Of a DNA stretch of 64,000 nucleotides, positions 9,848 to 18,406 are shown piece by piece (position 1 is the first letter of the stretch; each line of letters begins with the position of its first letter). A model generated the notes under the pieces. The model was given only the letters and a program-made list of their open reading frames with translations, was not told where the DNA came from and searched no databases. The stretch is from Spirochaetia bacterium (GTDB taxonomy: Bacteria; Spirochaetota; Spirochaetia; SZUA-6; Bin103): assembly GCA_965203905.1 (NCBI GenBank), contig CBDBDQ010000005.1, positions 4,288,001 through 4,352,000 on the forward strand. Reading direction: 5' to 3'. The translations under genes and the position numbers were made by a program.

Positions 9848-11050
9848 TTAATTGCCGGCCGTGACGACCGGTGGTACCGCCCAGTCCAGGAATCTCTCGC
9901 CGACCCGCGCCGCGGCCGCCGCGCCGGCGTGCCACAACACCCGGTAACGGAACGTGGCCCGCTCGCCCGCGGCCAGCGTCCAGTCGCCGCACTGCCGGTA
10001 GCCGCTGCCGTAGTCGGCCAGGCCGAACGGGTTGGCCGAGAACAGCCCGTAGCCGCGTACGTGCCAGTGGGTGGGGTAGTGCGGGTTGCGTGGGTGGTCG
10101 AAGATCGCCACCCCCACGGTGCATGGCGCACCGGTCGGGTCGGTCAGGTCGCCGGAGTAGTCCACCCAGGGCGCGCGCTGCCCCCAGTTCTCGGCTTCGT
10201 GGATCGCGCCGTAGGCGTTGCTGATGACACCGCCGCGGGTGCCCTTGATCGCCTCGGGCACGCGCAGGGAGCAGAGCCCGCCCTCCTTGGTGTCGCCGAA
10301 CGTCACCGCCCCGTGCGCGGCGTGGAACCCGAGGGTCAGGTCCATCAGGCGTGCCGTGGGGGGCGTGTTCCAGAAGGTAAGGGTGCGGCGTTCTTCCAGC
10401 AGCGCCGTGCCGGCGGCGTCACCCGTGCGCCAGCTCACCCGCTGCACGATGCGCCCGAACGCCGGCCCGCTCTCCACTGCCTCGAAACCGCCGTGCACCT
10501 GGCAGCCGTGGCCATCGGCCTCGCTCCAGAAGTCGATCCCGTTCACTAGGCCGTGCGCCACCCAGAACGAGCGGTGGTGCACGTGGTCGGTCTCCTCGCC
10601 CGCCACACCCTCCTGCAGCGGCCACGCGCGCGTCATGGGAATACCGTACGGGCCGATGACGGGATGCAGGTACGAGCGCACGGGGTGGGTGTAGTGATAC
10701 TCGCACCAGGGCGCGCCCTCGACGGTTACCTCCAGGTGCGCCCCCCGGTCGATGATCCGCACACCTTTCCCGGCGTACTGCGCGCCAGCACGTAGCTCCA
10801 TGCGCTCTACTACGTCCGGTCCCAGATAGGGCAGCACGCACCACCGCACGTCGTCGCCCCGTTGCATTGGCAACACGTGCTCTTCGCCACCTATCCGCAG
10901 GGCCGCTCCGCCCTCTGCCGCCGCCGACGGTGTCCATGCAGCCGCTACCGCCGGCACCGCGTCCGCCCGCGGGTCAACCCCGGCGTCCGGTACGGCCACG
11001 GGACAGTACACCCGCACATGCGGACCCGCTCGAATCTCCAGCGTGCTCAC
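9848..11050 (-). CDS. DUF6807 / 'PmoA family' beta-sandwich protein (not a methane monooxygenase)
   Basis: YLHPV.GP.G..MTR.WP, DHVHHRSFW.AHG.VNG.DFW, FGDTKEGG, DHP.NP.YPT.WHVR.YGLF.ANPFG; GTG start inferred. Confidence 0.75.
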   Translation of the reverse strand: MSTLEIRAGPHVRVYCPVAVPDAGVDPRADAVPAVAAAWTPSAAAEGGAALRIGGEEHVLPMQRGDDVRWCVLPYLGPDVVERMELRAGAQYAGKGVRIIDRGAHLEVTVEGAPWCEYHYTHPVRSYLHPVIGPYGIPMTRAWPLQEGVAGEETDHVHHRSFWVAHGLVNGIDFWSEADGHGCQVHGGFEAVESGPAFGRIVQRVSWRTGDAAGTALLEERRTLTFWNTPPTARLMDLTLGFHAAHGAVTFGDTKEGGLCSLRVPEAIKGTRGGVISNAYGAIHEAENWGQRAPWVDYSGDLTDPTGAPCTVGVAIFDHPRNPHYPTHWHVRGYGLFSANPFGLADYGSGYRQCGDWTLAAGERATFRYRVLWHAGAAAAARVGERFLDWAVPPVVTAGN

Positions 11051-11141
11051 GGCTCCGCCATGGTAGCCCGATCGTCGCCACGGCAACAAACTATGCCCGC
11101 TGCTGACGCTGCTGATAGGATGGTGACGGAGCAGGAGTACG

Positions 11142-11516
11142 ATGAGCGCGTTCAGGGTAAACGTCGTCGCGGTGAATCCGAAGAACGAAGAGATCGTCAC
11201 CGAACCGATCAGCGCGTTGGTCGACACGGGGTCCGAGTTGACCTGGCTGCCGGCCGGCGACCTGTCCGCCATCGGCATCACACCACGGCGCAAGCGAACC
11301 TTCGTCACCGCTACCGGGGACCGTCTGCAGCGTGAGGTCGGGTACGCCATCGTGCGCGCCGAAGGATACGAGACTACCGACGAAGTGGTGTTCGGAGACA
11401 GAGGCGACCAGGTGTTGCTGGGCGTCCGCACTCTGGAAGGCTTCGCCGTTACGGTCGACCCTATCGGCCACCGACTCGTAGCCCAGGCTACGCTCGCATG
11501 CGTTGCCGCCCCGTAG
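11142..11516 (+). CDS. Retropepsin-like (clan AA) aspartyl protease
   Basis: ALVDTGS catalytic motif and LLGVRTLEGF C-terminal motif; AGGAG RBS. Confidence 0.85.
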   Translation: MSAFRVNVVAVNPKNEEIVTEPISALVDTGSELTWLPAGDLSAIGITPRRKRTFVTATGDRLQREVGYAIVRAEGYETTDEVVFGDRGDQVLLGVRTLEGFAVTVDPIGHRLVAQATLACVAAP

Positions 11517-11569
11517 CCGGGTGCGTCCGGCGTTGGCAGTCATCGCGCATCCGGTGGTAGGGTCTGGGC

Positions 11570-13189
11570 ATGTCCGAGACCAACAAATGGGACGACTACT
11601 TCGTTCGGGTTCGACGGTACCTTCAAGTCGGAGACATCGAGTCGGAGGAACTGGACTACAAGCGTGCTGCGGCACAAGAGCTCGCGCGCTATCGCGAGGA
11701 GTTGCTCTCCCGGCCGGGGCCAATCTCGATAAAACGGGGTGGGAACATCAAGCGCTTATTCAGCGCCGCATACCGGCGTTTCGACGGTGTTCGGGAGTGG
11801 CTGGAGACTGACGAAGGGGCTGATGCACTACGCGATCTCTGGGCCGCCGAAGACCAATTGGCGGGAAAAACTCTGCGTTTGACAGTGCTGATTGCACGGT
11901 TCCGCGCGTTCGCGCAACGGTTGCCTCAAGATCCATGGTTGAGAGGCCTTGGTTCGCGGGCGCATCCGATCTCGGTGTTGCTGATGGCGCTGGACGCCGA
12001 ACAGTATCCGGTGTTCATGACGAGGGCATTCAAGAGTGCGTACACATGCACGGGATTCGAGGAGCCTGGCCGAGATGTCGACGAAGCCGCGCTGTACGAA
12101 CACGCGATTGGTTTCCTCGACCGGTTCATCGCGGAAGCGAAGGAGCGCGGTCTCGATACACCAAGCACGCGACTTCAGGCGCAGTCCCTGGTACATGCGC
12201 TGGAAAAAGGTCGGGATTCTCCGGATTCTCCTCCGCCCGAGAGAGACGAAGACCGGAACGATGGTGAAATGCCCCATCCGCAACGGGTGTACTTTCTGCC
12301 GGAGCTCGCGGATCGGCTGCTGCTGCCGCGCGAGTTCCTTACCAATATCGAGACGCTGCTCGCCGACAAGCGTCAGGTGATCTTTCAGGGACCGCCCGGC
12401 ACTGGCAAGACGTACGTAGCGCGGGAGTTGGCGGACTGCCTTGCCGGCGCCAAAGAGCGGGTACGGCTGGTTCAGTTTCATCCTTCCTACGCCTACGAGG
12501 ACTTCGTCCAGGGGTTCCGCCCTTCACTTGGAAGCGGCCAGCCCGGCTTCCAACTGCGGAACGGACCGCTGGTCGAGGTGGCGAAGCAGGCAAGAGCGAA
12601 CCTGGACCAGAAGCACTTCCTCGTGATCGACGAGATCAACCGCGGCAATCTGGCCAAGGTGTTTGGCGAACTCTACTTTCTCCTGGAGTACCGCGAAGCC
12701 GAGTTGCGCCTGCTGTACTCCGACGAGCCGTTCGCCCTGCCCAGAAACCTGTTCATCATCGGCACGATGAACACCGCGGACCGCTCTATCGCGCTGGTGG
12801 ACCTGGCCCTGCGGCGCCGGTTCCACTTCGTGGAGTTTCACCCCGACAGGCCACCGGTACGGGATCTGCTCAGTCGTTGGCTGGAACGACGCGCATCCGA
12901 CATGACCTGGGTTGCCGCGGTCGTGGAGCGGGCGAACGAGAAGCTGGACGACCGGCAGGCGGCCATCGGGCCCAGCTACTTCATGAAGCGGGATCTCGAC
13001 GATGACATGGTGCGATTGATCTGGGAGCACAACGTGCTTCCCTACGTCGAGGAGCATCTCTACGGAGAGCCCCAACGCTTGGCCGAGTTCGGTCTTGATC
13101 GCCTCCGGAGCGAGGTCGATGGCGACGGCGCGGAGTCGGACGATCTGGGCGTGGACGACGGCGACGCCCCGAGCGATGCGGACGATTGA
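11570..13189 (+). CDS. mcrB: McrB-like AAA+ GTPase with unrecognised N-terminal domain
   Basis: GPPGTGKT, VQFHPSYAYEDFVQG, IDEINRGN, GTMNTADRS, ALRRRF. Confidence 0.92.
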   Translation: MSETNKWDDYFVRVRRYLQVGDIESEELDYKRAAAQELARYREELLSRPGPISIKRGGNIKRLFSAAYRRFDGVREWLETDEGADALRDLWAAEDQLAGKTLRLTVLIARFRAFAQRLPQDPWLRGLGSRAHPISVLLMALDAEQYPVFMTRAFKSAYTCTGFEEPGRDVDEAALYEHAIGFLDRFIAEAKERGLDTPSTRLQAQSLVHALEKGRDSPDSPPPERDEDRNDGEMPHPQRVYFLPELADRLLLPREFLTNIETLLADKRQVIFQGPPGTGKTYVARELADCLAGAKERVRLVQFHPSYAYEDFVQGFRPSLGSGQPGFQLRNGPLVEVAKQARANLDQKHFLVIDEINRGNLAKVFGELYFLLEYREAELRLLYSDEPFALPRNLFIIGTMNTADRSIALVDLALRRRFHFVEFHPDRPPVRDLLSRWLERRASDMTWVAAVVERANEKLDDRQAAIGPSYFMKRDLDDDMVRLIWEHNVLPYVEEHLYGEPQRLAEFGLDRLRSEVDGDGAESDDLGVDDGDAPSDADD

Positions 13190-14402
13190 CCTGCAAGAGT
13201 ACGCCTGCAGTGCGGCCATGCCACTTGCCGTTGCCGAGCGCGATGAATTGAGCCGGATCGTACCGTCGCTTACCATGGAGCCGGCTCCTGGCGAAGAGGG
13301 CGCGTATCGTCTGACGCCGGGCTCCCACATCGGAGCGTTCGAGGGCGGAGGGCTTTCGGTCTCGATCCGTCCCAAGCTGGCCATTACGCGGGTGATATTC
13401 CTCGCCTCCTACGCGATGGGCGCCTTCCAACTGCGGGACATGGGTCGTTTCGATTTCGCGGAAGCGCGGACTCTGGTCGAAGCCCTGGCCCTGGCGCTTG
13501 CCAGTGCTGCGCGGCGGGCGTTTGCGGGAGGGCTGGTGCACGGTTATCGGCTCGAAGAGGAGGCAGCGCACACAGTCCGTGGCCGAATCCGCATGGATGA
13601 GCAGATCCGCCGGAGGTTCGGCGTGGCGCTTCCCATCGAGGTGCGTTTCGACGAATTCACTGACGACGTCACGGCCAACCGCCTGGTGAAAGCGGCCGCG
13701 ATACGGCTCGGCAGGATGCGGCTACGCTCGAGGCGCTCGCGCGAAGGTCTCCACTGGATCGCCGCCAGACTGGAGAACGTCTCGCCGGTCGAGTTCCCGG
13801 CCAATGCAGTGCCCGAGGTCATGTTCGACCGGTTGAACGAGCACTACCGGGAAGTCGTGGCTTTCGCACGTCTCATCCTGCGGCATAGCTCCTTCGAGGC
13901 TGGCCGCGGCCGTATACGTGCACAGGGTTTTCTGATCGACATGAATCAGGTATTCCAGGAATTCGTCACCAGGGCAATCCGTGAAGTGCTGGGCATCTCG
14001 GAGCGCGCGTTCCGATCCGACCGCGACGTCCACGGCGTATACCTCTCCGAGGACCGAGGTATCCCTCTCAAGCCCGATCTCTCATGGTGGGAGGCCGGAA
14101 CCTGTACCTTTGTCGGCGACGCAAAGTACAAGCGTGCCGTCGACGGCAATGTCCCCAACGCCGATCTCTATCAACTCCTCGCGTACGCCACCGCGCTCGA
14201 CCTGCCCGGCGGGTTGCTCATCTACGCCCAAGGGGAGGCGGAGCGGGCCGAATACCGGGTGCGGCACGCCGGCAAACGACTGCTGGTCGCTGCGCTCGAT
14301 CTGTCCGGCAGCCATGACGAACTGCTCGCGTGCATCCGCGAGCTGGCCGATCTGGTGCACGCACTGCGTCGTGAAGCCGGCCGGACCCGACGCGTCGCCT
14401 GA
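13176..14402 (+). CDS. mcrC: McrC-like PD-(D/E)XK nuclease subunit
   Basis: Overlaps mcrB; DMNQVFQEFV, LKPDL...DAKYK, NADLYQLLAYA. Confidence 0.92.
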   Translation: MRTIDLQEYACSAAMPLAVAERDELSRIVPSLTMEPAPGEEGAYRLTPGSHIGAFEGGGLSVSIRPKLAITRVIFLASYAMGAFQLRDMGRFDFAEARTLVEALALALASAARRAFAGGLVHGYRLEEEAAHTVRGRIRMDEQIRRRFGVALPIEVRFDEFTDDVTANRLVKAAAIRLGRMRLRSRRSREGLHWIAARLENVSPVEFPANAVPEVMFDRLNEHYREVVAFARLILRHSSFEAGRGRIRAQGFLIDMNQVFQEFVTRAIREVLGISERAFRSDRDVHGVYLSEDRGIPLKPDLSWWEAGTCTFVGDAKYKRAVDGNVPNADLYQLLAYATALDLPGGLLIYAQGEAERAEYRVRHAGKRLLVAALDLSGSHDELLACIRELADLVHALRREAGRTRRVA

Positions 14403-14482
14403 GTGGAGCACTTGGCGGTTGCGGCGAACCGTGCATCTCCCTGACCGAGAACTTGACGGTTCTCGAGGCTGCCGTGCGACCG

Positions 14483-15730
14483 TCAGAGGGCGAGCGCGGC
14501 GGCTTGCTCGGCGTGCTCGAAAGCACCTTCCATGCGCCGGATTTCGGCTTCCGCCGCGCCCCGCTGCCGCGCCGCTTGGCGCCACGTGCGAGTCACCCGC
14601 GCCACGTCGCGGATCAGCATATCTGCGTCGGCCAGCTTGAGAGAGAACTCCTCGGCGACCGATCGCAACAGGTCGATCGAACAGGTGCCGTCGTCGAAGT
14701 CGATGTTGGTGGCGAGGATGCGCGCCTTGAGGTCAGGCGGAGTGGGGTTGATGTCGTACGCGGGAGACAGGGTCCAGCCGCTTGAGTCGAATCGTAAGAA
14801 GGCGTGATTGCGCAGATGGTCGTCAGTATTCGATACGAGGACGAAAAACGCGATTCGCTTGAACAATTCGATACGGTCGGCAGCGGCGCGCGCTCCGTGG
14901 GTCGTCAGCGCGTCCACGATCTCCAGATAGCTCCCACGCTCTCCGTCGCGATGTTCGGTCATGGACAGGGCCGATATGAAGGGGATCCGCTGCCCACCGC
15001 GACGGTCGAAGCGACGGGAAACGAAGATCGGTCGCCCGCGATCCTCGCGGATGTCGTGCGCAGCGGATTGAATGCCGACCGCTTCCGCCAGGTCGAGCGC
15101 TATTGCCTCCCAGCGTTCCAGCGAGTACTCATCGGACTCCTTGGGGAACTTGGCAATCAGGAGCTCTCCGCGTTGATCGATTACCGATGCCTTTGGCCGT
15201 GCTCCGCCCAGCGACGATCCGGGGGCGAAGATCGCAAGCAGATCCTCGTCGGTTTCCGCACCCTGCAGGACGCGCTCTGCGGCGCCGCGCAGCCGGCCCA
15301 GAGCGACCAGCCCCGGGATGGCGGTCTCGCGCGGTGCCTGGAACAGGTGGTCGCCGCGATAACGAAAACGGAGCGCGCCAAGCCGGGCCTCGTCGGATAC
15401 GCCGAGAAGAAAGTCCGTCTCCTGAAGCGTGCGGACCGACCGGCCTTCACGCTCGGCTTCGCGACGTTCCCGCCGGCGCATCAGGGTGCGTCCCCATGAA
15501 TCGGGCGCGGAGTCGGCAACCGCCGCGAAGACCGCGTGCCCAGCCGCGGGTCGGAACGTACCTGGCCCGACAGGGAAGGTGGGGTCGATCGCATGGCCCC
15601 GCTCCGAGGAGATCCACGCCTCGGCGTAGGCGAAAGTGACTCGCTCTCCGCCTCGCGCGGCACGTCGGCGCATGGTTCCGACCGGGTGGGGCTTCCCCTG
15701 CCAATCCAGAAACACCTCGATTTCGCTCAT
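14483..15730 (-). CDS. hipA: HipA family Ser/Thr kinase toxin
   Basis: DSAPDSWGR coupling domain, SSLGGARPK P-loop, RRFDR, NTDDHLRNH, LSPAYDINP. Confidence 0.92.
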   Translation of the reverse strand: MSEIEVFLDWQGKPHPVGTMRRRAARGGERVTFAYAEAWISSERGHAIDPTFPVGPGTFRPAAGHAVFAAVADSAPDSWGRTLMRRRERREAEREGRSVRTLQETDFLLGVSDEARLGALRFRYRGDHLFQAPRETAIPGLVALGRLRGAAERVLQGAETDEDLLAIFAPGSSLGGARPKASVIDQRGELLIAKFPKESDEYSLERWEAIALDLAEAVGIQSAAHDIREDRGRPIFVSRRFDRRGGQRIPFISALSMTEHRDGERGSYLEIVDALTTHGARAAADRIELFKRIAFFVLVSNTDDHLRNHAFLRFDSSGWTLSPAYDINPTPPDLKARILATNIDFDDGTCSIDLLRSVAEEFSLKLADADMLIRDVARVTRTWRQAARQRGAAEAEIRRMEGAFEHAEQAAALAL

Positions 15731-16053
15731 GATCGCGACGCGGAGCGAGGGAGGTGAGCCCTCTTGGGTAGCTCGTCCCTGGCCAGGTCCAGCCCCAGCG
15801 TGTCGCGCGTCGGGTCGGCGGCATCGGCGAGGTGGTCCAGCAGATTCAGCGCCTGCAGCACGGCGGCCACGATGCCGATGCTGACCGCGTGATCGCCCTG
15901 TTCGATGCGTGCGACGGTGGGGCGCGAGGTAGCGGCCCGCTGCGCCACAAGCGCCATCGGAAGCCGGCGCCGCAACCGGGCATCGCGAATGTCGGCGCCC
16001 AGCTTGCGCAGCGCTCGCCGCGCCGCCGGAGGAGGACGGTGGGGAGTCGGCAT
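15727..16053 (-). CDS. hipB: HipB-like XRE helix-turn-helix antitoxin
   Basis: LGADIRDARLRRRL...SRPTVARIEQGD HTH; ATGA overlap with hipA. Confidence 0.85.
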   Translation of the reverse strand: MPTPHRPPPAARRALRKLGADIRDARLRRRLPMALVAQRAATSRPTVARIEQGDHAVSIGIVAAVLQALNLLDHLADAADPTRDTLGLDLARDELPKRAHLPRSASRS

Positions 16054-16057
16054 AGGA

Positions 16058-16100
16058 TATCTTCCTATTTCCTAAAATATGATTTGGTAACAGGAAGATA
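16058..16100. promoter_or_regulatory. Inverted repeat, probable HipB operator
   Basis: TATCTTCCT (16058-16066) and AGGAAGATA (16092-16100) in an AT-rich patch directly upstream of hipB. Confidence 0.6.
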
Positions 16101-16352
16101 ACGTAATATCAAAGTTGGAACAAGTTGGCCGGAGCCCCTTCTGCTGGTACCAAGGCAGTCCGGCTACCCACCGCCTCACTCCGTCCTCCGCCGGCGGCCA
16201 GCCCGAGGCGGCAACCAAACAAACGCCCGCCCCAATCGGCGCCCAGCGAGGGAGGATGCCTCCAACAGTGATCCGTGGTACCGCCCGGGTGACGCCGGCA
16301 ATGGCGGCTGCTATCATCGGTACACGATGAAGCAGCTTGAGCGAGGACGGCC

Positions 16353-17453
16353 ATGACCAGTTACCAGGTGATCGAGTGGGGCGAGCCCCTGGAGTCGCGC
16401 ACCTATCCGACGCCGGATCCGCAGGGCACCGAGGTGCTGCTGCAGGTGGAGCTGTGCGGCGTGTGCCACAGCGACCTGCACATCCACGAGGGGTTCTTCG
16501 ACATGGGCGGCGGGCGCAAGCGGGTGCTCGCCGACCTGGGGGTGCAACTGCCGCTCACCCTGGGCCACGAGCCGGTAGGGACGGTGGTCGCGGTGGGGCC
16601 GGAGGTCGACGACCCGGAGGCGGCCGGCGTGCCGATCGGTGCGCCGCGGGTGGTGTGGCCGTGGGTCGGCTGCCGGCAGTGCGCGGCGTGCCTGCGGGAG
16701 GAGGACATCCTGTGCGAGCGCGGCCGCTACCTCGGCGCGCGTGTCGACGGCGGCTTCTCCGACTACCTGGTGGTGCCGCACCCCCGCTACCTGCAGCCCT
16801 ACGACGGCATCACCGCTGAGGCGGCCGCGACGTATGCCTGCGCCGGGATCACCGGATACGCCGCGGTGAAGCGCGCACTGACCACCTATCCGGAGAGCGC
16901 CGGGACGCTGGGGCGGATCGGGACCGGCGACACCCTGCTGCTGGTGGGTGCAGGCGGGGTCGGCTTGAGTGCGCTGCGCGCGGCCCGCGCCATGACCGAC
17001 GCCCGCATAGTGGTGGCCGACATCAGCGCCGAGAAACGCGCGCTGGCGGAGGCCAACGGGGCCGACGCTTCCATCGACAGCGCCGATCCCGACGCCGGGC
17101 GCCAGCTCAAGCAGCGGAGCGGGGCCGGGGTGGCCGCCTCGGTCGACTTCGTTGGCAGGCCCGAGACGTCGCAAATGGCGATCGACTCGCTGCGGCGTGG
17201 CGGCACCCACGTCATCGTCGGGTTGTTCGGCGGTGCGCTCACGGTTTCGGTGCCCGACTACATCTACAAGCTGCTGGCCGTCCGCGGTTCTCACCTCGGT
17301 ACGCCCGAGGATCTTGCCGAGTTGATCGAGTTGCGCCGGGAAGAGCGCATCGAGCCGCCGCCCATCGCCCGCCGCCCGCTGGCGGAGGTGAACGAGGTGT
17401 TCGCCGAGTTGCGCGCCGGCCGTATTGACGGCCGGGTCGTGGTGGTGCCGTAG
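16353..17453 (+). CDS. Zinc-dependent alcohol dehydrogenase (MDR)
   Basis: GVCHSDLH, LGHE, C..C..C.......C structural zinc site, GAGGVG. Confidence 0.92.
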   Translation: MTSYQVIEWGEPLESRTYPTPDPQGTEVLLQVELCGVCHSDLHIHEGFFDMGGGRKRVLADLGVQLPLTLGHEPVGTVVAVGPEVDDPEAAGVPIGAPRVVWPWVGCRQCAACLREEDILCERGRYLGARVDGGFSDYLVVPHPRYLQPYDGITAEAAATYACAGITGYAAVKRALTTYPESAGTLGRIGTGDTLLLVGAGGVGLSALRAARAMTDARIVVADISAEKRALAEANGADASIDSADPDAGRQLKQRSGAGVAASVDFVGRPETSQMAIDSLRRGGTHVIVGLFGGALTVSVPDYIYKLLAVRGSHLGTPEDLAELIELRREERIEPPPIARRPLAEVNEVFAELRAGRIDGRVVVVP

Positions 17454-17455
17454 CG

Positions 17456-18406
17456 ATGGGTGCTGCGGACGGGCGTTCGGCGCCGGGCTCCCCGGCAGCG
17501 GCGCGACGGCGGGTGGTGATCACCGGGGCGGCCGGTTACATCGCCGGGCTGATGCTGCCGGGACTGCGCAAGCGCTACGACCTGACCCTGCTCGACGTAC
17601 GCTCCGTCGATCGCGAGGGCGACCCGGTGGCAGGCGTGGTGGCCGCGGATCTGACGGACAGGGATCGGGATGCCTACCGTGCCCACTTCACGGGTGCCGA
17701 CGCGGTGGTGCACGCCGCCTTCGTGCGTCCGGACGAACGCGCGGAGACTCCCGTCGCGGGGAGGAGCACCCTCCCCGGCGGCCGCGACTCGAGCGCGTCG
17801 CAGGGCGAAGCGCGGTTCCGCGCCGAGTTCGCCAACGTGGAGATGGCCTACAACGTGTACCAGGCGGCGCGCGAGGAGGGAGTGCGGCGGGTGGTGATGA
17901 TCAGTTCCAACCACGCCGCCGACTACTACGAGCCGCTGATCCTGGACGGCGCCTGGGACCTGGTCACGCCTGACATGCAGGAGCGCGCGGTGGGCTACTA
18001 CGGCTGGGCCAAGGCCACCTACGAGCACCTGGGGTTCATCTTCGCCCAGGGCGGTCCGGGAGAGGCGCCGCTGGAGAACGTGCAGATCCGCATCGGCGGC
18101 CCGCGCGAGGATGACCTGGAGCGGATCGAGCCGGGCGACATGCGCCGCGTGCGGCGCGCGCTGGCGGTGTACCTGAGCCGGCGCGACCTGGTGCAGCTCA
18201 TCGTCAAGAGCATCGAGACCGCCGACATCCGCGACCGCCACGGGCTGCCGTTCCAGGTGTTCTACGGCATCAGCGGCAACTCGCACGCCTTCTGGAGCAT
18301 CGCCAACGCGCGCCGCGTGATCGGCTACGCGCCGCAGGACAACAGCGAGCTGCGCTTCCGCGAGCAACTCGCCCGCCACCTGTCCGCTGCCGCCGGCCGC
18401 GAGTGA
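17456..18406 (+). CDS. NAD-dependent epimerase/dehydratase (extended SDR, uronate dehydrogenase-like)
   Basis: ITGAAGYIAG, SSNHA, YGWAK (YxxxK), YGISGN. Confidence 0.85.
   Translation: MGAADGRSAPGSPAAARRRVVITGAAGYIAGLMLPGLRKRYDLTLLDVRSVDREGDPVAGVVAADLTDRDRDAYRAHFTGADAVVHAAFVRPDERAETPVAGRSTLPGGRDSSASQGEARFRAEFANVEMAYNVYQAAREEGVRRVVMISSNHAADYYEPLILDGAWDLVTPDMQERAVGYYGWAKATYEHLGFIFAQGGPGEAPLENVQIRIGGPREDDLERIEPGDMRRVRRALAVYLSRRDLVQLIVKSIETADIRDRHGLPFQVFYGISGNSHAFWSIANARRVIGYAPQDNSELRFREQLARHLSAAAGRE

Noticed and set aside
9848-11050. Methane oxidation implied by the 'PmoA family' label
   Set aside because: Soluble beta-rich protein with no TM helices and no pmoB/pmoC; the context is sugar oxidoreductases
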